Made by a program: the position numbers and the translations under genes. Positions 20,365-30,976 of a stretch of DNA of 64,000 nt are shown piece after piece (within the stretch, counting starts at the first letter, position 1; each line of letters starts with the position of its first letter). The DNA comes from a virus: the IMG/VR virus record IMGVR_UViG_3300031521_000025, positions 32,001-96,000 of that record; one strand, written 5' to 3'. The notes beneath the pieces were generated by a model. It worked only from the letters and a program-made list of their open reading frames with translations, searched no databases and was not told the DNA's origin.

Positions 20365-20600
20365 TTTTTTATTTTTATTGTTAAACTTTGATTAAAACTA
20401 TTTTCTTTGCTAAAAAAAACTAATTCGCAAAAATTGTTTATTTTTTTGCAAATTTGGTAAAGTTCATTGAACTCGTTGCTACTAAAACAACTTGTTGTTA
20501 GTTCAACTTCAATAACTTCTTTTTCTAAAAAACAATAATTAAATAAAACTAAATTGTTTTTGTTTAACCATTCTAAAATAAAATCTAGATTTTTATCCAT
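20361..20600 (-). CDS. Hypothetical protein
   Basis: ORF coupled (ATGA) to the NUDIX gene. Confidence 0.55.
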   Translation of the reverse strand: MDKNLDFILEWLNKNNLVLFNYCFLEKEVIEVELTTSCFSSNEFNELYQICKKINNFCELVFFSKENSFNQSLTIKIKK

Positions 20601-20712
20601 AATATTTAATGTTTTGTTTTAAATATCAAAAAAAACACATATTGCTGGAAAATAACTATAGATTTTTAAAAAAAGTTATAAAAAAAAACTTATTTTAAAA
20701 TAAAAAAGATAA

Positions 20713-21390
20713 ATGGAAATAAATTATTTTAATTACATTGGACAAGCAGCTGTTTTTGTAATAACAACTAAAGTTTTAGTTACTTTTTATAAAAACCAAG
20801 CAAGTAAAATAAAAGAGAAGAAAGCAAAAAAGCTTCAGGAAGTAGAAAAAGACAAAGAAATAGAAGATTGGGAAATAGGGGATTTAATTCAAGTATCTCC
20901 AGAAAAGTTCGGAAAAGAATTTGTCGAAATTAATTCAAACAGACCAGGTGTTTTGTTTGCAACATTATCAAAATGGAATAAAGAGAAATGCGAAGCTGTT
21001 TTTAATAATGGATTATCAGTTATTTTTTTAATTAACGAAATAGTAGCTAATCATTCTTTTCTTGCAAGAAAAGATAAAAACCAAATGACAAGTTTTATGG
21101 AAAAAACAAAAAACAAACCATTTGATCAATTATTACAAGAATATCAAAAAGAATCCAAAAATACTGACAAGTTTTCTACAATTAGTGGAGAAATTAAAAG
21201 TTTAAACCCAGAAGTGATTCAAAATTGCTCGTTTAATTTTGAAGAAATCGAAGTTTTAGGAGTTCCTCTTATTGAAATGCATAAAAATGAATTAGATCTA
21301 GTAATGGATTTAGCTATTTCTTTTGAAAACTACGAACTCGCAGGCGCTATAAAAAACTTTATTGAAGAAAGATTTCCTGAAGTAAAATAA
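20713..21390 (+). CDS. Membrane-anchored protein with C-terminal UVR-like (UvrB/C) motif
   Basis: Hydrophobic N-terminus; MDLAISFENYELAGAIKN resembles the UVR motif. Confidence 0.55.
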   Translation: MEINYFNYIGQAAVFVITTKVLVTFYKNQASKIKEKKAKKLQEVEKDKEIEDWEIGDLIQVSPEKFGKEFVEINSNRPGVLFATLSKWNKEKCEAVFNNGLSVIFLINEIVANHSFLARKDKNQMTSFMEKTKNKPFDQLLQEYQKESKNTDKFSTISGEIKSLNPEVIQNCSFNFEEIEVLGVPLIEMHKNELDLVMDLAISFENYELAGAIKNFIEERFPEVK

Positions 21391-21425
21391 TTTTTTTTGT
21401 TAAATTTTATATTTAAAGTAAAAAA

Positions 21426-21656
21426 ATGATACTTAAAGAATATAGTTTAAAAGAAAAATCCAAATTAGTTAAACTCATTAACTATTTACAACCTTTAGTT
21501 CCAGAAGATAGTATGGAAAAAGTTTTAGATTTTTACGAATATTTCGATGAAAGTTTTTATGAAATTGAAAATATAGCTGTTTATGATGAATTTATGGACA
21601 GTTTAAAACAACTAGCTGAGAAAAATACAATTAAATTACCAGAAGAATTATTATAA
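21426..21656 (+). CDS. Hypothetical protein
   Basis: ORF with upstream TATTTAAA (21410-21417). Confidence 0.55.
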   Translation: MILKEYSLKEKSKLVKLINYLQPLVPEDSMEKVLDFYEYFDESFYEIENIAVYDEFMDSLKQLAEKNTIKLPEELL

Positions 21657-21657
21657 A

Positions 21658-21819
21658 ATGTCAAAAATTATAGATTTAGATTCTCTTTCTTTAGAAGAAA
21701 AAGAATCTATTATTGTTTTATTACAAAAAGAAATTCAAGAAGAAAAAGAAAAAAAAGAAGCTGCTAAAAACGTAGCAGCTTACAAAGAACTAATGAGTTG
21801 TATAACTAAAAAAAGTTAA
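21658..21819 (+). CDS. Small hypothetical protein (53 aa)
   Basis: MSKIIDLDSLSLEEKESIIVLLQKEIQEEK...; starts 1 nt after the previous stop; not in ORF track. Confidence 0.5.
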   Translation: MSKIIDLDSLSLEEKESIIVLLQKEIQEEKEKKEAAKNVAAYKELMSCITKKS

Positions 21820-21996
21820 TCAACTTTCAGTTTTTATACAAAAAATTAAATAACTAGTAGCAACAGGTGCTCCAATAGGAACAAGCTTGTCTACATAATA
21901 GTTTTGTTCAACTAAATCATCTACAAAAGATTTTAAACCATTAACAGTAATTGTAATTGGTTGGTAAATAAATGTTTCTTGTTTTGGTACTGCCAT
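21820..21996 (-). CDS. Small hypothetical protein (58 aa)
   Basis: MAVPKQETFIYQPITITVNGLKSFVDDLVEQNYYVDKLVPIGAPVATSYLIFCIKTES*; A-rich leader; not in ORF track. Confidence 0.5.
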   Translation of the reverse strand: MAVPKQETFIYQPITITVNGLKSFVDDLVEQNYYVDKLVPIGAPVATSYLIFCIKTES

Positions 21997-22017
21997 TTTT
22001 TATGTTTTAAAGTTAAA

Positions 22018-23550
22018 TTATTCTAAATCTTTCCAATTCTTTCCGAACTTTAAAGAAGTTTTTGCAATTAATTGCTTTTCAGGTTCTTCTAATATTTTTA
22101 TTATATCTTCAACAATTTCAGTATTATTTATTAGACTAACACTAAGGTTAAATAAAATTGAATCATGTTTTTGTAATAATATTCTATTTGTAGAAGGGTA
22201 TTGTTGTAAATATTTTTTTAATTTATCTATTTTTGTTATTAAAAAGTCTGCAGCTGTAGATTGAATAAAGTTATTTAAATAAGCCCATTCTTTTTCTGGA
22301 TATATATTCCTACCAAAATAATTAATTATTTTATTTGAATTCTTAAACTCTAATTCTAGTGCCATCTTCGTTTCTTCAAAAGGCTTTACAAACTCTTCTA
22401 ATTGTTCTTGAAGTTTTTCTTCGTTTAAATTAAAATTTGGAAATTCTCCTTTTAAAGATTTTATTGAATTCGAAATAGATTGTCCGTATAAAATACTATA
22501 ATTGATTCTTTTAGCAACATCTCTATAACTTTCATCATTAAACAACTCTTTAGCTAACTTTAAATGAGGATCTTCTGAAAAATCTAAACCACAAAGTTGT
22601 CTTAATAAAGAATATTCAAAATAATCATAATCAAATTCTAATAACATACATTTTTTTTCTGCGATTACTATATCTCTATTGTTTTTAGATAAGTTTTGGA
22701 TATTAAAATTCTTTTTTGAAGAATATATTCTACCTGTAATTTTATCAGTGCCTTTATAAGCTTGTTTTAAATATTCTTCATTTTCTAAGTTATTTAATAT
22801 ACTAAAATAAATATTATCTTCTAAGTTTAAAATTTTTTCTTTATCAATTCTAACTTTTAAAGAAGATAAATAACTTTCAACTTCATAAGCTTTATTCCAA
22901 ATGGCTAATGTTTCTTGAGATAAACCAAGATTGTTAAATTTATCAACCCATTCTAAACAAGCAACTCCTATATGTAAATCTATTTTATCATCAAATAAAT
23001 GTAATTTTTTGAAATCTTTTAAAGAAATATAATAGTTTGTGGTTTTTAAATAAGATTGAAAATAAAAATAATTATCCCAAGAATAAAAAACACAATCTGG
23101 AAATAATTCTTTTAGTTGCTTAATTAATTTTTTTGTATTTAAAGTTTTAGCATAAAAAAAGTTATAAATTTTCTTATCTATATAATAAACTTTATCACCA
23201 GATGTTATAGTTAAAAAAAGATCAGTTTCAAAAACAAATACTGATTTTGATAAAGTTATGTTTTCAAATTCTAAATAATTTTTTACAATAGTAAATTTTT
23301 TTATTAAGTTTTTGTAACAATGATAAAGAAAATTGTTTAAAGATTCTTCATATTTATCAGATTCTGTTTCAGAAAATATATAATATACATTTTCTTTTAT
23401 TTTTTTATTAGAAACATTTAATTCTGGATATAAACCAATAGCTCTATTCATACCTACAATTAATACAGGCTTATCTCTATTTTCTATAGAAGTAGAACTA
23501 ATTGTTTCTAATAAAGGGTGTTCATCACCAACTATATATCCTAAATACAT
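22018..23550 (-). CDS. polA: Family A DNA polymerase, polymerase domain without a recognisable exonuclease
   Basis: TGRIYS..NIQNL, motif A LLEFDYDYFE, motif B RDVAKRINYSILYG, NNFIQSTAAD, motif C LLQKHDSILF. Confidence 0.8.
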   Translation of the reverse strand: MYLGYIVGDEHPLLETISSTSIENRDKPVLIVGMNRAIGLYPELNVSNKKIKENVYYIFSETESDKYEESLNNFLYHCYKNLIKKFTIVKNYLEFENITLSKSVFVFETDLFLTITSGDKVYYIDKKIYNFFYAKTLNTKKLIKQLKELFPDCVFYSWDNYFYFQSYLKTTNYYISLKDFKKLHLFDDKIDLHIGVACLEWVDKFNNLGLSQETLAIWNKAYEVESYLSSLKVRIDKEKILNLEDNIYFSILNNLENEEYLKQAYKGTDKITGRIYSSKKNFNIQNLSKNNRDIVIAEKKCMLLEFDYDYFEYSLLRQLCGLDFSEDPHLKLAKELFNDESYRDVAKRINYSILYGQSISNSIKSLKGEFPNFNLNEEKLQEQLEEFVKPFEETKMALELEFKNSNKIINYFGRNIYPEKEWAYLNNFIQSTAADFLITKIDKLKKYLQQYPSTNRILLQKHDSILFNLSVSLINNTEIVEDIIKILEEPEKQLIAKTSLKFGKNWKDLE

Positions 23551-23603
23551 TTGCTTTTTTACTAGTAAAATAAGTAAAAAAAAGCAAAATAGGTAATTAT
23601 TAC

Positions 23604-26600
23604 TTAAGTATAAGCACTATTTAATCCAGGTATTAATTTACCGCTTTGAGATGTTACATTTACATTATCTTTTTGAGGAATATCATACGAAGGTTTTGTA
23701 AAACTCATTTCTTTTTGAATATTTAATACGGCTTGTGCTTGTCTAACAGTTTTTTTATACTGTCTGGCTTTAGAAGCATCATTTAAATCAGTATTTTGTT
23801 GTTTTAAACCATCAACATTAATTTTTAAATCTTCAACAGCTGTAAACATTAAAGCTTCATCTTCAGGATCAGGATCCATTCCAGAGTCGGTAGTTTGACT
23901 ATCTGTTCTAATACAATCAGGAATATAATAAATATCTTCAATATCATAATCTTTTCTATGATAAAATCTACAATATTCAGAAGACGGTTCATCTTCATGT
24001 ATAATATCAATATTTAGAGAAACTTGAACACCCATTGGCATTGCTCCTACCTTTGATGCATTTAAATCTACAGCCATGTTTTCGTAATCATCTACATTTA
24101 ACCCTGTTATTCTTCCTGTAGCGTCTATAAAATCACCAATTCTTATTCTTATAATTGGTTGTTCTTTCATTTTTCCATCGTTTCTATACCAAGGATAACA
24201 ACATTGAGCTAAAAATGTTAATTTACTCCATAACATTTCTGGAGTTCCTGTCATTTGTCCAGGAACAATTCCTGAATACATTCCTCTTGTAAAAGAAGGA
24301 AACCCTAAAGTTCCAGAACCCCATTCAGGTAAATACTTTCTTAACTCTTCCAATCTTTCTTTGTCAGTTAATTGATTTTCATATATATCTTTTGCTTCTG
24401 CTTTATTTTTTTTTGCAATTTTAGCTAACTCAGGATCTTTATTTATTTCTTTTTGTTCAGCCATATCTTTAGCAGCTTTTATTCCCGCTAAAAGAACTTC
24501 TGTTGAAAAATCAGAAGCCATATAAAAAGATATTGTTAATTGTCTTGATGTTGATTTATATATTCCAACCTTTTCACTTCTACCGTAAAACTCTTGAGTA
24601 CTCCATTCAGGTGTGTAACTATCATTATAGCTTTGAATGTAAGCAGGAAAAACCATTCTATTTGGAATTTCAGATCTTAATTGTCCGTTTTTAATAGGGT
24701 TTTTTGTGTAAAAATCGCCATTAGTATGTCTACCATGTAGTTTTTCAATAAAAAATTTATATGAACCAGGTGTGTAATTTCTATATTGGTTCAACATTTC
24801 TTCTAATTTCTTAGTAGTAGGGACATCAGGTGTTCCATATGTATAAGGGTTTTGCCCTTCAGGTACAGAAAATCCTTTATTTATTGTTCCGCCTGAAAAT
24901 TTATACGATGTTAAGTTTGCAATTTTTCTTCCATTCGCTGAATCTTGAGTAGAAATATTTTCTCCATGTTTTGGAAAAGTAGAAGCATTTGAAGTCAACC
25001 CAGAAGATTCGTAAGAAGTTCTAGGATCAGTACTAGTTGCTGAATCTTTAGAGTTTGAAGAATTATCTCCTATGTTTGTAGAAGTAGGATGATGTTGAGC
25101 AAAAAGTTTTTTTGCTTTTTGCGATTTTGCTTCGTTAATTTCTAAAGTTGTCTTTTTTTCGTTTTCTTTAGCTGATTTATCAGAAGAAGTTGTGCTGAAT
25201 CCTTCACTTGTTGAAGATTTTTGTGATAAAATATCTCTTACATAGTTGATTTTTTTTTCATATGTTTTATCATTTGAATTAATTAAAGGATCTTTTGAGA
25301 AATCAATACCACTTTCTGAAGCATTTTGAGACTCTACCGCAGATGAAAAATATTTATTTGTTGCGTCTAAAAAATCTGTATTATTTGTAGCATTTTTTTC
25401 GCTTTTTGATTTGTCAAGAGATGCGCTTTGTGTTAATTCTTTCCCTGTATCTCCAGTAGCAGATACTAATCCAGGATTAGGGTTATTATTTACGAAACCT
25501 TTATCTAAAATTTCTTTTTGTTGTTTTATTATTTTTTCTGGATTGTTTTCTGTAACATTATTAGGGTTAACGATTTTTTTGTCTATTTTTTTTTCAACAG
25601 TTAAATCATCTAAAGAATATCTAGTTTTAATATTATTTTTTCTTGCAAAATCTTTAGCTTGTTTATCTAAGCCACCGTAATATTTTTGAATACTCAAATC
25701 AAATTGAATTCCTTTATATTCTACTCCAAGACCTCCTCCAAAACTTAAAGTACTTGGATCAAGATGAAATCCCCAATCAGCATATAATTTATTATCTTTT
25801 AGTTTGTCAATAATTGTATTAAAAGATATTTTTTGTGCAATAGCATGTTTTGCAACATCTTTATAATAATTAGCGGTTGACTTTAAACCATAGTTGTTGT
25901 CAATAATGTTTTTGTTTTGATTAGCTTTCCCTAAAAGAGTATTTTGCATTATATACAAATCTTTTTTTGTATCACTAAAAGTTTTTACATTTTTTGCATC
26001 TAATTGATTTTCATCGCTAATATTTTCAACATCTTTATAATATTTAGAAGTATCTTTATTTTCTTCAGTTATAATAACTTTTTCTTCTAATTGATTAGAG
26101 TTACTTAATTGACTTATTTCTTTATTGTAATAAAGCTCAGTTTCTTTATCAGCTTCGCTATTTTGTTGAACTTCACTTAATTGGTTTAAATTACTTAAAT
26201 TTTCAACATCTTTATAATATTTAGAAGTATCTTTATTTTCTTCAACCACAATAACTTTTTCTTCAAGTTGGTTTAAGTTGCTTAAAGGGATAACTTCATC
26301 TTTATAATACTTAGAAGTGTCTTTATTCTCCTCAATTATAATAGCCTGTTCTTCTAATTGATTAGAATCACTTAAAGGTGTAACAACATCTTTATAATAT
26401 ACAGAAGTGTCTTTGTTTTCCTCGATTACAATAACTTGCTCTTCAAGTTGATTTGAGTTACTTAAAGGAGTAACAAGATCTTTGTAATACTTAGAAGTAT
26501 CTTTATCTTCCTCAACTACAATAACTTTTTCTTCCAACTGGTTTGAATTGCTTAATTCAGATAATTGAGAATAATATTCTTTGGTTATTTTACCGTAATC

Positions 26601-26861
26601 AGTTTGAGGCGCAAAAGTTAATCCAAGCTCTTTTATTTTTTCATAATAAGCTATAATATTATCATCTGTTGTCTTATGAGTTTCTTGTTGTTGTTTTAAA
26701 TATATTAAACCTAAGTTAGCAACATTTTTATAATAAGATGTTAATTCAAGTTCAGTAAATTTTTCTGAAGAAATAATTTTACCTTTTAGTGCTTCTTGTA
26801 AAAAAACAACTTCTTTTAAGCTGTTTTTAATACTTTCTTCTATATTTTTTAAATCTGCCAT
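23604..26861 (-). CDS. Baseplate/tail-tube-initiator-like protein with a long repetitive N-terminal region
   Basis: Start revised to ATG 26861 (MADLKN). C-terminal FPAYIQSYNDSYTPEWSTQEFYGRSEKVGIYKSTSRQLTISF resembles contractile-tail tube-initiator proteins; follows the tape measure gene. Confidence 0.6.
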   Translation of the reverse strand: MADLKNIEESIKNSLKEVVFLQEALKGKIISSEKFTELELTSYYKNVANLGLIYLKQQQETHKTTDDNIIAYYEKIKELGLTFAPQTDYGKITKEYYSQLSELSNSNQLEEKVIVVEEDKDTSKYYKDLVTPLSNSNQLEEQVIVIEENKDTSVYYKDVVTPLSDSNQLEEQAIIIEENKDTSKYYKDEVIPLSNLNQLEEKVIVVEENKDTSKYYKDVENLSNLNQLSEVQQNSEADKETELYYNKEISQLSNSNQLEEKVIITEENKDTSKYYKDVENISDENQLDAKNVKTFSDTKKDLYIMQNTLLGKANQNKNIIDNNYGLKSTANYYKDVAKHAIAQKISFNTIIDKLKDNKLYADWGFHLDPSTLSFGGGLGVEYKGIQFDLSIQKYYGGLDKQAKDFARKNNIKTRYSLDDLTVEKKIDKKIVNPNNVTENNPEKIIKQQKEILDKGFVNNNPNPGLVSATGDTGKELTQSASLDKSKSEKNATNNTDFLDATNKYFSSAVESQNASESGIDFSKDPLINSNDKTYEKKINYVRDILSQKSSTSEGFSTTSSDKSAKENEKKTTLEINEAKSQKAKKLFAQHHPTSTNIGDNSSNSKDSATSTDPRTSYESSGLTSNASTFPKHGENISTQDSANGRKIANLTSYKFSGGTINKGFSVPEGQNPYTYGTPDVPTTKKLEEMLNQYRNYTPGSYKFFIEKLHGRHTNGDFYTKNPIKNGQLRSEIPNRMVFPAYIQSYNDSYTPEWSTQEFYGRSEKVGIYKSTSRQLTISFYMASDFSTEVLLAGIKAAKDMAEQKEINKDPELAKIAKKNKAEAKDIYENQLTDKERLEELRKYLPEWGSGTLGFPSFTRGMYSGIVPGQMTGTPEMLWSKLTFLAQCCYPWYRNDGKMKEQPIIRIRIGDFIDATGRITGLNVDDYENMAVDLNASKVGAMPMGVQVSLNIDIIHEDEPSSEYCRFYHRKDYDIEDIYYIPDCIRTDSQTTDSGMDPDPEDEALMFTAVEDLKINVDGLKQQNTDLNDASKARQYKKTVRQAQAVLNIQKEMSFTKPSYDIPQKDNVNVTSQSGKLIPGLNSAYT
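26000..26556 (-). repeat. Tandem ~90-nt (30-aa) coding repeats, about 6 copies
   Basis: Unit LSNSNQLEEKVIVVEENKDTSKYYKDV(xxP) repeated. Confidence 0.9.
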
Positions 26862-26868
26862 TTTTATA

Positions 26869-29730
26869 TTACTTTTGTTGAACTGATATTTTACCTCCAC
26901 CGAATAAAGGATCACTACTTGAATTAACTATTACTGTGTTATTGTTGTTATTTGTATTATTATTTGCTACTGAAGCGCTTGTACCTCTTGCGTTTTGATC
27001 TGATCTTTCACCAGTTGCTCTTGTAGGGACAATATCTTTAACTGAACTAAGAGCCATTGAATATTCTCCTTTATCTCCTTTAATATTTGCTTCAGGAGTA
27101 ACAGGAGAAGCATTAGATGCTACACCAAACATTTCATCCCATGAATTTGCACTAATATCTTTTTTTGCTGGTTCTGAATCAAAAAAGTTTAAATATTTTA
27201 CTAAAGAGTTAAATCCGTCTATTAATTCATCTAAACCATTAGAGAACCACCCTAAAATATCATTTATAGGTAAAAAATAATTAATAAAATCAAGTATAGT
27301 ACTTCCAACTTTATTAAATATATTAGAAAACCAATTAGAAGTGTTTTGCCATATATTAGAAAACCAACTTGCCGTGTTTTGCCATATATTAGAAAACCAA
27401 TTAGAAATATCTTTCCACATGTCAGAAAACCAATCTCCAATTTTATCTGCAACCCAAGAAATACCTTTCCATAGTAATTCAAAAGATTTATAAACTAAAT
27501 ATCCAACTGCAATTAAAGGTAAAAAAGCTATTTTAATAATATCCCATATAACATCTTTAAATTCGTAAATAACATATCCTAATAAAGCTATTGCTGCAAC
27601 GACTGCTATTACAGGCCATGATATAGTTAAAAGCGCAAAACCGGCTGCTAAAGCTTCTGCAGCTAATAAACCTAAAGGAATAACGTTTGCTAAAGCTGCA
27701 AAAGCCATAGCTGTTAAAGAAGGTAAATAAGCAATAGCTATAATACCAATAACATACCCTAAATATTCTCCTAAAGTTTGCAAAGTGCTTGAAACTACTT
27801 CAACGACTGGCATGATGTAAGAACTTATACTATCCCAAATAGAAGAAAGAGCTCCAAAAACATATGTAAACGTTTCACCTACTCCTGTTATAACACCTAT
27901 AAGAAAATCTAATCCAGTAATTATAAAAGCAATTGAAATTGCAAAATCAAGAATAGGTTTAACAAATGACCAAATTGCAGAAGTAATATCAATAAATGCT
28001 TTTATTAAAGGGCCAAAAACTTTAGCTAATGGGTCAACTATTGTACTCCGTAAACTTCCTGATAGCATAGAAAGTGATTCTAGTATTGTTCTGTTTTTAA
28101 CTTCTTCGTTTTTTATCTGTAATTTTTGAAAGAAATTAGCCTTTTCTGGACTCATTAGTTTTTCAAGAGCAATACCTGTCTCTTCTGACATTTTTCCTAA
28201 ACGACTAACAGCTTGAATAGCTTCTTGATCTATTCCTGCTCCTTTTAGGGTTGCTATACCAGCGTTAGTAACTCCATGCTCTCCCATCATACCTTTAGCT
28301 TTTAAATCTTTAGCTAAATTTCCAACCATTATTCCTATTGCTTTATCGCCTTGGCCTGTTTGTTTTAAAGCATATATTTTAGCCATATTGTTTGCTGTAT
28401 TCCCTAATTCTAACGCAGCAAATGATTGTTGTTTGGTAAATAAATCTGTAACTGATTCTAATCCACCGATTGAACCCATTAAAGTGTTTACATTTGAACC
28501 TAAGAGTGTAGCATATAAAGCTAAGTTTTTCATACCTTGAAGTTGAGTGAAATAATAACTTCCTGCTAATGCTGCTACTTGTTGTAAATTTTTAACTGCT
28601 GCTTCCATACTTAATCCTGCGTCTTTTGCAGCATCTGCAGTTTCTGTAGCTAAAAGTGTTGATTCTTTTAACCCAGTATTGTAATTCATTGTTAATTCTC
28701 TTACAGCTTCTGATAAATTAACACCCCAAAGTTTGCTATACTTTGCAGCTTCTTTTCCGAAATATAACATTTCGTCTCCAGCTTCTTTCAAGTTTGTTTT
28801 CATTCCAGCTATTTGGCCAAACCCATCTGTAAATAACCCACCCATTGCTTTTGAAAAATCTTCCATAGAAAGATTACTCATTAATAGTTGTGTTTTTAAA
28901 CTTTCAGCAGAGCCAGTCATGTTACCCATTGCATCAGAATTTATCATAAATGCATTAAATAAACCGCTAGAATTTCTAGTCATTTCAATTAAGACACTGT
29001 TTAGCTCGGTTATCTGTTTCCAAACCATTTCTGCAACATCTTTAAGGATATCAAAAGCTACTTTTACTAACATTAACTCTTCGGCTGTATATCCAGCTTC
29101 AACTCCTGCAGTAATAATAGAGTTTTCGAAAGAAGTCATAAAGTTATCTTTTAACGCATTTTGCACGTTGTTAATACCTCCTTGAAAAGTTTTTAAATTA
29201 TCCATAGCAAATCCTTTATCTAAAAGACTTTTCATTTTGTCTTCAAATTCAGCTCCAGATATTGCACCAAAATCAAGTTCGTCTTTTAATTTATCTATTT
29301 GTAAAGATAAATCTTTTGCTGCTTTTTCAGCAACATCTATTTTAGAAAACTTTGATTGATAATTGTCAAATGATTTAATAAGTTTTTCGTTAGCTTTTTC
29401 TGTAGCTTTTTCTTGACTTTCTATTTGTTTGTTTATTATTAAAGCTTTTGCTCTTTGTTTGTCTAAATTTTTCTCTAAAGCTTCAATTTTTTCAAGATTT
29501 TCAGGCTCTTTTCTCCTAACATCATCAAGTTTTTTTTGAGCTTTTACTATTCTTTCTGTTATAGTATTAGCTGTAACTTCTAATTCTTCTAAATTTTTAG
29601 TAGCTTTATCAAAATTTAAAGCAGCACCTTCAGGAGTACTAGCTTTATTTGTTACAGACGATTTTCCTGAGGTTTTAATTATAGAACTAAAACCTTGCCC
29701 CATAAGATCAAATAATTGGCCGAATTTCAT
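26869..29730 (-). CDS. Tape measure protein
   Basis: Long A/L/K-rich helical protein with a hydrophobic multi-TM region and 11-aa Trp repeats (WFSNIWQNTAS). Confidence 0.8.
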   Translation of the reverse strand: MKFGQLFDLMGQGFSSIIKTSGKSSVTNKASTPEGAALNFDKATKNLEELEVTANTITERIVKAQKKLDDVRRKEPENLEKIEALEKNLDKQRAKALIINKQIESQEKATEKANEKLIKSFDNYQSKFSKIDVAEKAAKDLSLQIDKLKDELDFGAISGAEFEDKMKSLLDKGFAMDNLKTFQGGINNVQNALKDNFMTSFENSIITAGVEAGYTAEELMLVKVAFDILKDVAEMVWKQITELNSVLIEMTRNSSGLFNAFMINSDAMGNMTGSAESLKTQLLMSNLSMEDFSKAMGGLFTDGFGQIAGMKTNLKEAGDEMLYFGKEAAKYSKLWGVNLSEAVRELTMNYNTGLKESTLLATETADAAKDAGLSMEAAVKNLQQVAALAGSYYFTQLQGMKNLALYATLLGSNVNTLMGSIGGLESVTDLFTKQQSFAALELGNTANNMAKIYALKQTGQGDKAIGIMVGNLAKDLKAKGMMGEHGVTNAGIATLKGAGIDQEAIQAVSRLGKMSEETGIALEKLMSPEKANFFQKLQIKNEEVKNRTILESLSMLSGSLRSTIVDPLAKVFGPLIKAFIDITSAIWSFVKPILDFAISIAFIITGLDFLIGVITGVGETFTYVFGALSSIWDSISSYIMPVVEVVSSTLQTLGEYLGYVIGIIAIAYLPSLTAMAFAALANVIPLGLLAAEALAAGFALLTISWPVIAVVAAIALLGYVIYEFKDVIWDIIKIAFLPLIAVGYLVYKSFELLWKGISWVADKIGDWFSDMWKDISNWFSNIWQNTASWFSNIWQNTSNWFSNIFNKVGSTILDFINYFLPINDILGWFSNGLDELIDGFNSLVKYLNFFDSEPAKKDISANSWDEMFGVASNASPVTPEANIKGDKGEYSMALSSVKDIVPTRATGERSDQNARGTSASVANNNTNNNNNTVIVNSSSDPLFGGGKISVQQK
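27315..27440 (-). repeat. 33-nt tandem repeats encoding the tape measure 11-aa W repeats
   Basis: TTAGAAAACCAA...TTTTGCCATATA recurs at 33-nt spacing. Confidence 0.8.
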
Positions 29731-29835
29731 TTTTGTTTTAGTTTAAATATAAAGAAGTTAATCTGTTTTTGAGTAATTGTTAATAAAAGATAAAAAAAAA
29801 TCTTATATTTAAATTAAAAAAGTAAATTTAAAAAT
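29731..29835. promoter_or_regulatory. Divergent promoter region
   Basis: TATTTAAA on the minus strand (29742-29749) and CTTATATTTAAA on the plus strand (29802-29813) between divergent genes. Confidence 0.5.
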
Positions 29836-30756
29836 ATGGATGAAATTTTAGAAAAAGCAGAAGATAGAGGATCAACTGTTAGTACCTCTAACATTAATAA
29901 CGCAGATGGAGAAGCAGAATATGTTTATTTGCCATCTAAAGGTGTTTTTTATAAAGGTAAGTTTAAAGGTCTAGATAAATTAAAAGTTAGAAAATTAGAT
30001 TACACAGATGAAGATATTCTTACAACAAAATCTTATTATGACAATAATACTTTGTTTGATGAAATACTAAAAAACACTATTGTTGACGAAAATGGATTTA
30101 AAGCAGAAGATTTAGTTCCAATCGATCGTGATACTATTATTTGGTGGTTAAGAATAGGTTCGTTTGGTTCTGAATACCAAATACCTTATACTTGTACTAA
30201 CCCTAAATGTAAAGTGAAAACTAATATTATTTGGGATTTGTCTGATTTCGACATGCCTGATTTACCTATTGAAGTTGAAGAAGAAATAGTTGAAACAGGT
30301 GGAATTCTTATTACTTTACCTCTTTCTAAATTAAAGTGTAAAATAACTGTTGCGTCTATAGGAAAAGAGCTTAAAGTTCATAAGTTTTTAACAAAAAGAA
30401 AAGAAACCGTTAATAAAAAGAACCCAAGTTTAAATATTACAAAAGAATTTACAATAACTGGTCGTCTTTTAGCTGCTATTGAAAAAGTTTATGATATTTC
30501 AGGTAAAGAATATTCAGGGATTGATGAAACTATAAATTGGTTAAATTCAGCATATAACGGAAAACCACTTCCTATTATAGATTCTCGCTATATAATTAAA
30601 AAAATTAAAGAAATCACAATGGAAGTTAATACAAAGAAAGATATAGAATGTCCTTCTTGTAACCACATTGAGGAGGGTGTGAGAATGCCAATGAGCATTT
30701 ACTTTTTTTGGCCTGAATTTGAAGAGTTATCGGGAGTATCTAATAAAATCAATTAA
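29836..30756 (+). CDS. Baseplate hub assembly / tail assembly chaperone (T4 gp26-like)
   Basis: LPSKGVFY, DEDIL, LRIGSFG, CTNPKC and C-terminal ECPSCNH...FFWP. Confidence 0.7.
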   Translation: MDEILEKAEDRGSTVSTSNINNADGEAEYVYLPSKGVFYKGKFKGLDKLKVRKLDYTDEDILTTKSYYDNNTLFDEILKNTIVDENGFKAEDLVPIDRDTIIWWLRIGSFGSEYQIPYTCTNPKCKVKTNIIWDLSDFDMPDLPIEVEEEIVETGGILITLPLSKLKCKITVASIGKELKVHKFLTKRKETVNKKNPSLNITKEFTITGRLLAAIEKVYDISGKEYSGIDETINWLNSAYNGKPLPIIDSRYIIKKIKEITMEVNTKKDIECPSCNHIEEGVRMPMSIYFFWPEFEELSGVSNKIN

Positions 30757-30877
30757 TTTTTTAGTCTTCTGGGGGAGAATAGATTACCAATCAACTTTAA
30801 GAATGCCAATAAAAAAAAGAAGAGATTGGTTAAAATTAACCCAAGAGAATTTAAAAATATTATATGGAAAAAAATAA

Positions 30878-30915
30878 CAAAAAAGGTGAAACAATAAAAT
30901 TTCACCTTTTTTGTT
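30878..30915 (+). terminator. Intrinsic terminator
   Basis: CAAAAAAGGTGAAA ... TTTCACCTTTTTTG. Confidence 0.7.
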
Positions 30916-30976
30916 GAAATAATTTGGTTTGAATAAAAAAAAATAATAAATTTAACAAATTTTAAAAACAAAAAAA

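Noticed and set aside
26000-26556. CRISPR array
   Set aside because: Units are degenerate in-frame 90-nt coding repeats without unique spacers, and no cas genes are present.
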